The notes under the pieces: generated by a model
What the model saw: the letters and a program-made list of their open reading frames with translations, nothing else
What the model was told of the DNA's origin: nothing
Database searches by the model: none
Part shown: positions 20,041 to 28,085 of the stretch, in pieces
Numbering within the stretch: position 1 is the first letter of the stretch
Layout of the letters: every line of letters starts with the position of its first letter
Program-made: the position numbers and the translations under genes
Source of the DNA: a virus
Taxonomy: Duplodnaviria; Caudoviricetes
Direction: 5' to 3' (one strand)
DNA length: 52,630 nucleotides
IMG/VR virus record: IMGVR_UViG_3300025093_000028
Span: 1-52,630 of that record

Positions 20041-20079
20041 TGTAAACAGTATGTTTCAATAATAAATATATATAGCATT

Positions 20080-20172
20080 ATGAAAAGAAATGACGACAGT
20101 TGCAACACAGCAGTACTTATACTCACTATACTATGTGTTGTTATGTACTTCTTAGGTAAATATACATCATGA
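20080..20172 (+). CDS. Small single-TM protein (30 aa)
   Basis: Hand-translated MKRNDDSCNTAVLILTILCVVMYFLGKYTS. Confidence 0.5.
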   Translation: MKRNDDSCNTAVLILTILCVVMYFLGKYTS

Positions 20173-20173
20173 T

Positions 20174-20311
20174 ATGGAAGATGATAAGTTTGAATACCAA
20201 GGACGTTCTAAAGAGCAATATGAACGTAATATGAAGATTGGTTGCTTTTCAGCTATTCTCTTTTGGGGCTTAGTTATGGCCATCTTCTTATATAAAATGT
20301 TTTGGGCATAG
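20174..20311 (+). CDS. Small single-TM protein (45 aa)
   Basis: Hand-translated MEDDKFEYQGRSKEQYERNMKIGCFSAILFWGLVMAIFLYKMFWA. Confidence 0.6.
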   Translation: MEDDKFEYQGRSKEQYERNMKIGCFSAILFWGLVMAIFLYKMFWA

Positions 20312-20430
20312 AATGGCTATAAAGCAATAATCAGGTGGTGCATCACCCAACGCTGCAGGAGAGCATGAGCACAGTCTTCTATGCTTCAAAGCATATTAAT
20401 AAATACAGTTAATCAATAAATACAACAACA

Positions 20431-20577
20431 ATGAGAAAAATTAAGTTAACACCTGTAGAGTTTTATAGGTTTAGAAGAGTTGCATTCCTTTATGGAGTGT
20501 TGTTTATGTGTAGCATATCAGACAGTGTCTACACAGTGGAAGCTAAAGATGATAAGCTAGAACAAATAGGTTATTAG
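20431..20577 (+). CDS. Small hypothetical protein (48 aa)
   Basis: Hand-translated MRKIKLTPVEFYRFRRVAF...EQIGY; A-rich leader; abuts the next gene. Confidence 0.6.
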   Translation: MRKIKLTPVEFYRFRRVAFLYGVLFMCSISDSVYTVEAKDDKLEQIGY

Positions 20578-20579
20578 TT

Positions 20580-20915
20580 ATGAAGAGTTTTTTTATGATG
20601 GTCAGCGTGGTGGCTACAATCTATCACGCTACACCATCTCAAACAGATGACACACCATTCATCACAGCATCTAACAGAGTTATCAATAAAGATAATCCTG
20701 CAGGGCATAGATGGATAGCTGTTAGTAGAGATTTAGAACCTTTGGGTTTTGTCTTTGGAGCTAAAGTGTGTGTTGAAAACGCTGGAGATATGGATGGTAT
20801 ATGGACAGTGCAAGACAGAATGAACAAGAGATGGACTAAGAGAATAGACTTTCTTGTTAACACGGACATGAAATATGGTAAGTGGAATAAGGTTTCAATA
20901 AGATTAATACAATAA
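20580..20915 (+). CDS. 3D-domain (MltA-like, DPBB) peptidoglycan lytic protein
   Basis: ATIYH..SQTDDTPFITAS...IAVSRDL...FGAKV...VQDRMNKRW..RIDFLV with the three conserved Asp residues. Confidence 0.8.
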   Translation: MKSFFMMVSVVATIYHATPSQTDDTPFITASNRVINKDNPAGHRWIAVSRDLEPLGFVFGAKVCVENAGDMDGIWTVQDRMNKRWTKRIDFLVNTDMKYGKWNKVSIRLIQ

Positions 20916-20919
20916 CAAA

Positions 20920-21168
20920 ATGGCTAGAGAAGAAATGTTTGACATAGAGTTCTGCAATGTAGTGCTTTTTGTTACAGGATGTTATAGTCCTGAAGAAAAG
21001 AGAGTGATGTACTATCCAGATGGTTCAGGTTATCCAGGTTCACCAGCTACATTTGAAATAAACACGATTCAGTGTGGTAGACAGGATATTATGGACTTAC
21101 TGAGTGGTAGTCAGCTTGAAGATATAGAGAAACTAATACTAAACAATCATTTTAATCATGAGTATTAA
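20920..21168 (+). CDS. Hypothetical protein
   Basis: 82 aa, YYPDGSGYPGSP motif of a common small phage family. Confidence 0.65.
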   Translation: MAREEMFDIEFCNVVLFVTGCYSPEEKRVMYYPDGSGYPGSPATFEINTIQCGRQDIMDLLSGSQLEDIEKLILNNHFNHEY

Positions 21169-21304
21169 AGAACATAAGGTGCTTGCAACAGGTTTGCATT
21201 GCATTACAGACAAGAAAGGACGTGTACATGTTTACACAGAGAAAGAATATGAACACTTATCTTGGTGGGACCATCAACGCATAAAATACTTTGGACATGG
21301 ATAG
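21158..21304 (+). CDS. Small hypothetical protein (48 aa)
   Basis: Hand-translated MSIKEHKVLATGLHCITDKKGRVHVYTEKEY...; overlaps both neighbours by a few nt. Confidence 0.6.
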   Translation: MSIKEHKVLATGLHCITDKKGRVHVYTEKEYEHLSWWDHQRIKYFGHG

Positions 21305-21479
21305 ATATAAGAAAAACCTGAAGGTGGAAGGTGACAAAGTGTACAGTTATGATACACATGTTGCTACAATTGATGAACCAGCTGGACATTTGATTGTTCA
21401 TGGATGGTGGTCAGCTACAACATCTAGACATGTTAGTTATGTTGCACAAGAGTATGGATTAAGACAAAGATATGATTAA
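21297..21479 (+). CDS. Hypothetical protein
   Basis: ATG at 21297; VYSYDTHVA...WSATTSRHV pattern of a common small phage family. Confidence 0.65.
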   Translation: MDRYKKNLKVEGDKVYSYDTHVATIDEPAGHLIVHGWWSATTSRHVSYVAQEYGLRQRYD

Positions 21480-22305
21480 GACACAGAAAACACGTACACT
21501 AGTTACGAAAGATAACAACAATAGTGCTAATTGCATTGCTCCAAACCTCATCTATGGATGTTTTGGAGGTTGTGTGGACACATATTGTTACATGTCTAGA
21601 TATAATGGACGTAGAGTGTTTGTAAACACAAATGTAGAAGACATATTTCAATCTGTTGTTGAGTGGGAGAAAGGATTCAATAAGGTTCCAGACCAACAGG
21701 ATCCAATCTACACTATGGTTGACGTAGCATGCAATACAGACTTAGTGCTTATGCAAAAGCATATGCCTGAGTCTTTGCATGACTATTTGAAGCGTTATGA
21801 TGACCATCCACAACTTAACAGTACTATGGCTACAAAGTATCCAGCGCTGTTAAAGCTTGATGTTACACATTTCAACAAGCCTCCAAGAGTGCGTGTTAGT
21901 CTTATGCCACAAACATATTCTAACGTACTAGAGCCTAAGATGCAGAAGATATCATCTCGTATAGAAGATATTGATCGCTTGAAGGACTTAGGATGGGAAG
22001 TGCACATAAACTATTCACCTGTTGTCTTTCAAAGAAGATGGATACAGGAGTATGATGACTTGTTTGCAGAGGTGAAACGTGTGGCTGGTGTGAATAAATG
22101 TGAAGTGATAGTGCTTACAAACCATAGGAATCAGATGGCTAAAGCATCACCAGAAGCACAAGAGATGATGAAATACAGCTGTGAGATCAAGAATAACAGT
22201 GGTGTGATGCGTTATCCAATACGTGATAAGACTAGATTGCTTTCAAGATGGAAGCAACTATACAATAAGTATTTTGAATTAGAAACAATTAGATATATAT
22301 TTTAA
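21472..22305 (+). CDS. splB: Spore photoproduct lyase-family radical SAM protein
   Basis: GCFGGCVDTYCYM cluster motif; VACNTD (like SplB ACTSD, the H-donor Cys); ATKY; RVRVSLMP; EP...SSRIEDI; GWEVHINYSPVV; terminal RYIF. Confidence 0.8.
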   Translation: MIKTQKTRTLVTKDNNNSANCIAPNLIYGCFGGCVDTYCYMSRYNGRRVFVNTNVEDIFQSVVEWEKGFNKVPDQQDPIYTMVDVACNTDLVLMQKHMPESLHDYLKRYDDHPQLNSTMATKYPALLKLDVTHFNKPPRVRVSLMPQTYSNVLEPKMQKISSRIEDIDRLKDLGWEVHINYSPVVFQRRWIQEYDDLFAEVKRVAGVNKCEVIVLTNHRNQMAKASPEAQEMMKYSCEIKNNSGVMRYPIRDKTRLLSRWKQLYNKYFELETIRYIF

Positions 22306-22306
22306 A

Positions 22307-22540
22307 ATGGAAAGTTACAGAAGAGTAAAAGGTTATGAGTTTAAGTTTGTAGACCAAGGACCAGATGATAGATTCTATCAGTGTCGTGGTGATGTTTATT
22401 ATGATGATGAACATGATGAGATACCTGAACCAGGACTGTGGAAAGCAGCTCTAGAACTAGAACAACAACTAAAAGATGAGGGTTATGTTGCAGATGCAGA
22501 ATACTCTGAGAAAGGTTGGGTAGAAGTAGTATTATTATAA
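22307..22540 (+). CDS. Hypothetical acidic protein
   Basis: 77 aa, starts 1 nt after the splB-like stop. Confidence 0.6.
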   Translation: MESYRRVKGYEFKFVDQGPDDRFYQCRGDVYYDDEHDEIPEPGLWKAALELEQQLKDEGYVADAEYSEKGWVEVVLL

Positions 22541-22552
22541 ATAAAAAAGAAA

Positions 22553-22726
22553 ATGGAAGGAATAAAAGAATTACCAGAAGAGATGGCTAGCAACAGTCAG
22601 CCATACATTATGTGCCCATCTTGTTTTAAAGGAGGCATCAAGTTTAATTATGTTACTAATGAGGGATCATGTGACCATTGTGGTACAAGATTCACTAAAC
22701 ATGGTAACAGCGTAAGATTTATGTGA
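22553..22726 (+). CDS. Small Zn-ribbon protein (57 aa)
   Basis: Hand-translated; CPSC...CDHCG; fills the gap between neighbours. Confidence 0.65.
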   Translation: MEGIKELPEEMASNSQPYIMCPSCFKGGIKFNYVTNEGSCDHCGTRFTKHGNSVRFM

Positions 22727-22727
22727 T

Positions 22728-23234
22728 ATGTGGATAGCTTGTGAATTAGTATTCCGTCACTACAATCCCAAGAAGTTAGAAGAAGGAATGTTATTTATGA
22801 ACGAGCTAAATCCTGGGAATGAAGCGAAGGAACAAGTAGAAGTGTGGGCCCTCAAGGCAGAGAGCATACATGACCAAGTAAGTTATGATATGATGGTGTT
22901 TGAATGTGGGTTTCCTGTTCAACCGTGGCTTATTACAGATGATGGCAGAATAGCTGCTATACCAGATGAGATAGGTTGGTTTGATCCAGGTAAACGTTCA
23001 GAAGAACTAATACCATTCACAATAACTGAAATGAACTTCATCATGCAAGAGTTTGATGGACTACTAGAAATCTTTGTTAACGAAGATGAACTAGAGAGAG
23101 GGATTGTAGATCCTGTATACGAAGATAACTTTGTGATTCTCAGATTCTTAACTGATGATGAGGACGCAGAAGAACTATATTTAGAAGAAGGTTTCGATAA
23201 TACAACTATCGATGACCCAGATGATTTAGAATAA
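22728..23234 (+). CDS. Hypothetical acidic protein
   Basis: 168 aa, strongly D/E-rich. Confidence 0.65.
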   Translation: MWIACELVFRHYNPKKLEEGMLFMNELNPGNEAKEQVEVWALKAESIHDQVSYDMMVFECGFPVQPWLITDDGRIAAIPDEIGWFDPGKRSEELIPFTITEMNFIMQEFDGLLEIFVNEDELERGIVDPVYEDNFVILRFLTDDEDAEELYLEEGFDNTTIDDPDDLE

Positions 23235-23330
23235 GAATAGTATCATATATTGCACATTTATTAAGTTTTGATAGGTTAATCTGTAAAAACTTGACATAAT
23301 GTGCAATAAAATGCACAAAGTACGTACAAT

Positions 23331-23459
23331 ATGGAAGAATTAAGTAATTGCTGTGGAGCTTCAAGATGGGGTGAAACAGACATATGCTCAGATTGTAAAG
23401 AGCATGCAGATTTTGAACCAGATGAAGACTGGGAAAACGAAGTAATAAATAAAAGATAA
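23331..23459 (+). CDS. Small Zn-finger protein (42 aa)
   Basis: Hand-translated MEELSNCCGASRWGETDICSDCKEHADF... Confidence 0.65.
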   Translation: MEELSNCCGASRWGETDICSDCKEHADFEPDEDWENEVINKR

Positions 23460-23462
23460 GAC

Positions 23463-24032
23463 ATGGGAGTAGATATTTATGGTAGAGCACCTAAGCTCAG
23501 ATATGAAAAGCCTGATAAAGATTGGACTAAAATAGAATCAGAAGAAGAAAAGAAAGAGTACTTTGATGAATTAGAGAAGTTTGAAGATGATAATCCTGGA
23601 TACTATTTTAGAAGTAATTGGTGGGGCTGGAGACCTATTGTCTATCTATCAGAGATAGCAATGGAAAATGCAGGACTGGATTATAACACAGACTTGTGGC
23701 ATGAAAACAGCGGTGGTGGACTAGAAGATGGTTTTCAGTGTCTTCAGCTTGCTAATGCATTAGAACACCTTATAGCACAAGATGCAGATTTAGAACAGGA
23801 AGATGATGTGATGTACATTAATCTTGGTTCTTGGTCTACTAGTGGTGGTGAGTTTGTTGAGGAAGACATACAAGAATCTCTAAACAAAGACTGGCCTCTT
23901 GGAGCTGTAAAGTTTACAAAAATGGTTGGAGAAGATGGTAAAATGTATCATCCAACACATTCATCACCAGTGTGGCATATAAAGAATTGGATAAAGTTTC
24001 TAAAAGAGTGTGGAGGCTTTGAGATATATTAA
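23463..24032 (+). CDS. Conserved phage hypothetical protein
   Basis: MGVDIYG...PGYYFRSNWWGWRP...FLKECGGFEIY, a recurrent phage family of unknown function. Confidence 0.7.
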   Translation: MGVDIYGRAPKLRYEKPDKDWTKIESEEEKKEYFDELEKFEDDNPGYYFRSNWWGWRPIVYLSEIAMENAGLDYNTDLWHENSGGGLEDGFQCLQLANALEHLIAQDADLEQEDDVMYINLGSWSTSGGEFVEEDIQESLNKDWPLGAVKFTKMVGEDGKMYHPTHSSPVWHIKNWIKFLKECGGFEIY

Positions 24033-24055
24033 TAACTAATAATTTAATTTTAAAC

Positions 24056-24400
24056 ATGGAAAATTCAACAAAAAAGAGAACTTACGTTCGTTACACAAAG
24101 AAACAAGTGAGTGCAATGCGCAAAGCTTTAAAAACAGAAGAACCTCGTTTAGTGATTGCTAAGCGTTTTTCTAATGATTGGGGTATACCAACTCGCAATG
24201 TTTACCAAAAGCTTAATAGCGTAGCTAGAACAAAGCGTAAGTATACTAAGCGTAGTCCTAAAACTACCAATGTAGCTACAGTTACAAAAAGTGATACTGG
24301 TGTAACTCTTACAAGTGACATGATGTACATACTTGACATGTTCAAGGAACCAACAAAGATAGTGATGTACAAGGATCACGTGAGATATTACTATAACTAA
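24056..24400 (+). CDS. Basic, possibly HTH DNA-binding protein
   Basis: 114 aa, K/R-rich; IAKRFSNDWGIPTRNVYQKL is HTH-like. Confidence 0.55.
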   Translation: MENSTKKRTYVRYTKKQVSAMRKALKTEEPRLVIAKRFSNDWGIPTRNVYQKLNSVARTKRKYTKRSPKTTNVATVTKSDTGVTLTSDMMYILDMFKEPTKIVMYKDHVRYYYN

Positions 24401-24401
24401 G

Positions 24402-24427
24402 TCTTGTAAGAACACAAGAGTTTTTTT
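24402..24427 (+). terminator. Intrinsic terminator
   Basis: TCTTGT-aagaac-ACAAGA hairpin followed by a T7 tract. Confidence 0.55.
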
Positions 24428-24434
24428 ATATTTG
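24427..24434 (+). promoter_or_regulatory. Bacteroidota-type -7 promoter box for the polymerase operon
   Basis: TATATTTG, intergenic. Confidence 0.6.
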
Positions 24435-24453
24435 TAATCTCTCTTGTTATTTT

Positions 24454-24645
24454 ATGGGTAAGTTTATAACATTTCTAATTAGATGGATAGGGTCCAACCT
24501 TGCAGTACCGTTCTGGATGGTTGGGCACATTCACCTATCAACAAACATCTATGAAGATTTGCATGAACTTATTGCGTCCTTTGGGATGAATATTATTGTA
24601 TTGATAGCCTTATGGCTTGATTGGAAAGAACAAAAAGAAGAATAA
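24454..24645 (+). CDS. Small membrane protein
   Basis: 63 aa with two hydrophobic segments. Confidence 0.6.
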   Translation: MGKFITFLIRWIGSNLAVPFWMVGHIHLSTNIYEDLHELIASFGMNIIVLIALWLDWKEQKEE

Positions 24646-24647
24646 AT

Positions 24648-26609
24648 ATGACTGATAGTGTAATTATATATGATATAGAGACAATGCAAGAGTGCTTCAT
24701 CGTTGTATGTATGGAGCCTGAGAAAACACCTCGTAGCTTTGTGGTGAGTAAGTGGCAGAATCAGTTAGATGCGTTTGTAAAGTATACAGACACACACAAA
24801 GATGCCTATTGGGTAGGTTATAACAACTTACGCTTTGATGGTCAGGTGGTTGAGTGGATACTCAGAAACTATGAGCAGTGGCATGAGCTCTCTGGACTAG
24901 AAGTATGTGCAAAGATTGCACAGAAAGCGCAGGATGTAATTCATGATGCAAATTATGATGTGTTTCCTGAGTATAGAGAGTGGGAGCTTTCCTTAAAACA
25001 AATAGATTTGTTCAAAGTTCACCATTATGATAACAAGAATCGTAGAGTGAGTCTTAAGAGATTGGAGTTTGAGATGGACCTAGAGAACATCGAAGAGATG
25101 CCCATACATTATGCAAAGACAGGATTGACAAAAGATGAGGTGTTTTTGTCACTGCAGTACTGTTTTAATGATGTAGATGCAACTTATGAATTCTATAAAG
25201 TAACCCTAGGTGATACAGATCACCCATTATACAAGGGTAATAACCAAATACAGCTGAGAAAAGATATTGAAGAAGAGTTTGGTATACCATGTTTAAACTA
25301 TTCAGATAGTAAGATAGGGGATGAGATAATCAAGAAGTATTATTGTGAGGAGAAAGGTATGGATGTGAGAGATCTTCCACGCAAGGGTTATTTCAGAAAG
25401 AGTATAGACATCAAGAATTGCATAGCGCACTATGTTAAGTTTGAAACTGAACAACTGCAACAGTTCCTCCAGAATATCAAGAGACGCAAACTAGGATTGC
25501 AAGATGATTTCAAAGAACACATACATTTTTATGATAATGTCTATTCATTCATGAAGGGTGGTCTCCACACTGAAAACAAACCTGAAGTGTTTGAAGAAGA
25601 CGAAGAGTATGAAATTATTGACTGGGATGTGGCTAGCTATTATCCTGCTATTATTATTAACAGTGGGAAATATCCTGCTCATTTAGGTAAAGAGTTTTTA
25701 CGTGGGTACAAGCAAATGTTTGAGAAAAGACTGGAGCTTAAACCACAAGCAAAGACAGACAGAAAGATCAAGGGAATCGTAGGAGCACTTAAACTTGCAG
25801 TTAACTCTGTATATGGTAAGTCATCTGATATGAATTCATGGATATATGATAGGCAACTTACTATGTTCACCACTATAACTGGTGAGCTTAGTTTGATGAT
25901 GCTTATTGAGAAATACGAACTGAATGACATACATGTGATCTCTGCAAATACAGATGGTGTAACGATTAAAGTGAGAAAAGACTTGATTCCTAAGATGCAT
26001 GAGATAAATGAGTGGTGGTCCGAGCTAACACAATATGTTTTGGAAAGAACGGACTATAAGAAAATTATCTTTTCAACAGTCAATGATTATATTGCCATCA
26101 TGCCAGATGGTTATGTAAAGAAGAAAGGTGACTTCCTTACAGATTTTGAACTACATAAGAACAAGTCTGCAAGGGTGGTACCTATAGCACTAGAGCAATA
26201 CTATGTAAATGGTACACCTGTCAGAGAGACTATTATGAATCATAAGAACCTCTATGACTTTTGTATTAGAAAGAAAGCATCTAAGGACTTTCACTATGAG
26301 GGTGTAGATGATGATAACAAAGTTACAAAGTATGACAAGCTTATCAGATATTACGTAGGTAGAACTGGTGAGAAAGTGTACAAGGTGAAGAACGAGTCTT
26401 CTGATAGCAAGGCTGCTAAAAGAAGTCAAGTGGAAGCTGGTGAGTGGAAGTGTTATGTATGTAACACTCTACCACCAAACTCACCTGTAGATAATGTCAA
26501 CTTTAACTATTACATAGATAAGGCTGAGAGTATGATAACTAAAATATTGACTAATGGTAAGCGTAAGAAGAGTGCTTACATACCTGGTCAGCTAAATCTT
26601 TTTGGTTAA
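24648..26609 (+). CDS. polB: DNA polymerase family B
   Basis: ExoI YDIET, ExoII GYNNLRFD, ExoIII YCFNDV; Pol motifs DWDVASYYP, KLAVNSVYGK, ANTDGV, KKKG. ATG at 24648 preferred over the TTG at 24621. Confidence 0.92.
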   Translation: MTDSVIIYDIETMQECFIVVCMEPEKTPRSFVVSKWQNQLDAFVKYTDTHKDAYWVGYNNLRFDGQVVEWILRNYEQWHELSGLEVCAKIAQKAQDVIHDANYDVFPEYREWELSLKQIDLFKVHHYDNKNRRVSLKRLEFEMDLENIEEMPIHYAKTGLTKDEVFLSLQYCFNDVDATYEFYKVTLGDTDHPLYKGNNQIQLRKDIEEEFGIPCLNYSDSKIGDEIIKKYYCEEKGMDVRDLPRKGYFRKSIDIKNCIAHYVKFETEQLQQFLQNIKRRKLGLQDDFKEHIHFYDNVYSFMKGGLHTENKPEVFEEDEEYEIIDWDVASYYPAIIINSGKYPAHLGKEFLRGYKQMFEKRLELKPQAKTDRKIKGIVGALKLAVNSVYGKSSDMNSWIYDRQLTMFTTITGELSLMMLIEKYELNDIHVISANTDGVTIKVRKDLIPKMHEINEWWSELTQYVLERTDYKKIIFSTVNDYIAIMPDGYVKKKGDFLTDFELHKNKSARVVPIALEQYYVNGTPVRETIMNHKNLYDFCIRKKASKDFHYEGVDDDNKVTKYDKLIRYYVGRTGEKVYKVKNESSDSKAAKRSQVEAGEWKCYVCNTLPPNSPVDNVNFNYYIDKAESMITKILTNGKRKKSAYIPGQLNLFG

Positions 26610-26872
26610 TGAAACGAAGAGCAAAAATAAATAGAGGTAACATAACTAGACATCTTATCGAATATCAGTTAGATATGGTGGGTAAGAGATTAGTTGATAC
26701 CTTAGATGATGACAAGTGGTATTTCAACTGGACTATAACAAGAGAACAACATGAAGAGTTTAGAAGATATGCTATACGTACATTAAAAAAGGTATTTAAA
26801 TTTAACACGAATAAAGCAAAACAAACGTTCGACTGGTTCTATGAGCAGTTTGGACTAAGAATTAAAAATTAA
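26609..26872 (+). CDS. Hypothetical protein
   Basis: 87 aa, overlaps the polB stop (TAATG). Confidence 0.65.
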   Translation: MKRRAKINRGNITRHLIEYQLDMVGKRLVDTLDDDKWYFNWTITREQHEEFRRYAIRTLKKVFKFNTNKAKQTFDWFYEQFGLRIKN

Positions 26873-26876
26873 AATT

Positions 26877-27059
26877 ATGAAAAGCGAAGTATTATTAGTA
26901 ACACTTATAGCTATGTCACTGGGACTAGCTTACACAATTTATGCAATCTATTTTGATAGCCAAGAGCTACCAGAAGAACCACTACCAGCACCAAAGCGCA
27001 AGAGAGGTAGACCAAAAGGAAGTAAAAATAAAAAGAAGAAAGATGTCAAAGTTAATTAA
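26877..27059 (+). CDS. Membrane-anchored AT-hook protein
   Basis: N-terminal TM (VLLVTLIAMSLGLAYTIYAIYF), E/P linker, then PKRKRGRPKGSKNK AT-hook. Confidence 0.7.
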   Translation: MKSEVLLVTLIAMSLGLAYTIYAIYFDSQELPEEPLPAPKRKRGRPKGSKNKKKKDVKVN

Positions 27060-27267
27060 TGAGGATTGGGAACACGCAGCTTATGCTAATGATAAGTTGT
27101 ATCAAGGAGAACGCCAGTATAGAATGGAACTAGAATGGCAGGAGTGGGAACACGAACAACAGAAAAAGAGAAAGAAACCAGCTACCATAGTGGTAGAAAA
27201 ACCAATTAAAGATGAGAATGCACATAACCCCACAAATGTTCAAAGAGCTCATCAAGAAAAGTTATAA
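27043..27267 (+). CDS. Hypothetical protein
   Basis: Likely start MSKLINEDWE at 27043 within the track ORF 26941..27267. Confidence 0.55.
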   Translation: MSKLINEDWEHAAYANDKLYQGERQYRMELEWQEWEHEQQKKRKKPATIVVEKPIKDENAHNPTNVQRAHQEKL

Positions 27268-27838
27268 TTTAGATTTAATTTATTTACTTAAGTTGATTGA
27301 AGAGCAGTATGACATACAACCATTGTATAATGATAGTATGAAGATTGCTGCTCTCTATCAAACTTTGATAAGAAAAGGTCTTATAACTAAAGATGAAGAG
27401 AAGCTCACACCTGTAGGCGAAAGCTTACTAAAGTTTGTAAACAATACAGACAACGCAAAAATAATAAAACGAAAACCTGTAACGACAGAGTTTGAAGAAT
27501 GGTGGAAGAACTATCCACCTACAGATTCTTTTGAAGTGAATGGTAAGGTGTTTAAAGGCACCAGAGCATTACGTAGAGGAAAAGAAGAATGTAGAAGGAA
27601 GTTCAAAGCTATACTAGAGGAGGGAGATTATACAGCAGAACAGCTCACAAAAGCTCTAAAATATGAGGTAGAACGTAAAATAGAACGTTCACTCAAAGAG
27701 AGAAAAAACTGTATGAGTTTTATGCAAGGATCTATACCCTATCTCAATCAACGTACCTTTGAAGGCTTTATTGAACTAATGGAGCAAGATAAGGATAGAG
27801 AGCCTACAGAGCCCTCAGGAGGTCCTACAGACATTTAA
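27212..27838 (+). CDS. Replisome organiser / replication initiator-like protein
   Basis: wHTH-like N-terminus; FEEWWKNYP and YLNQRTFE motifs typical of phage initiator C-terminal domains; upstream of the helicase. Confidence 0.55.
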   Translation: MRMHITPQMFKELIKKSYNLDLIYLLKLIEEQYDIQPLYNDSMKIAALYQTLIRKGLITKDEEKLTPVGESLLKFVNNTDNAKIIKRKPVTTEFEEWWKNYPPTDSFEVNGKVFKGTRALRRGKEECRRKFKAILEEGDYTAEQLTKALKYEVERKIERSLKERKNCMSFMQGSIPYLNQRTFEGFIELMEQDKDREPTEPSGGPTDI

Positions 27839-27848
27839 AACAATAATT

Positions 27849-28007
27849 ATGGCAGAAGAATTTAACGAATGGATGAAACGTATTAAGAATCAATACTATT
27901 CAGACAATGAAAGAATGACAGACGCTTTTGAAAAACTAAGAAAAATAGCAAAAAACAAGAATTATGAAGATAATAGCAAGTATAATACTATGGCTGGTCG
28001 TAGCTAG
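27849..28007 (+). CDS. Small hypothetical protein (52 aa)
   Basis: Hand-translated MAEEFNEWMKRIKNQYYSDNERM... Confidence 0.5.
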   Translation: MAEEFNEWMKRIKNQYYSDNERMTDAFEKLRKIAKNKNYEDNSKYNTMAGRS

Positions 28008-28083
28008 ATTAATGTTGTGGTTAGGTAAGTTTATCTGGCCAGAAGATAATGGTGATGATGACTTTCACAACTTAAGATATTAG
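27964..28083 (+). CDS. Small single-TM protein (39 aa)
   Basis: Hand-translated MKIIASIILWLVVARLMLWLGKFIWPEDNGDDDFHNLRY. Confidence 0.5.
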   Translation: MKIIASIILWLVVARLMLWLGKFIWPEDNGDDDFHNLRY

Positions 28084-28085
28084 TT

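Noticed and set aside
20312-20430. Possible ribozyme in the early intergenic gap
   Set aside because: Only short hairpins; no hammerhead, twister, pistol or HDV core recognised.
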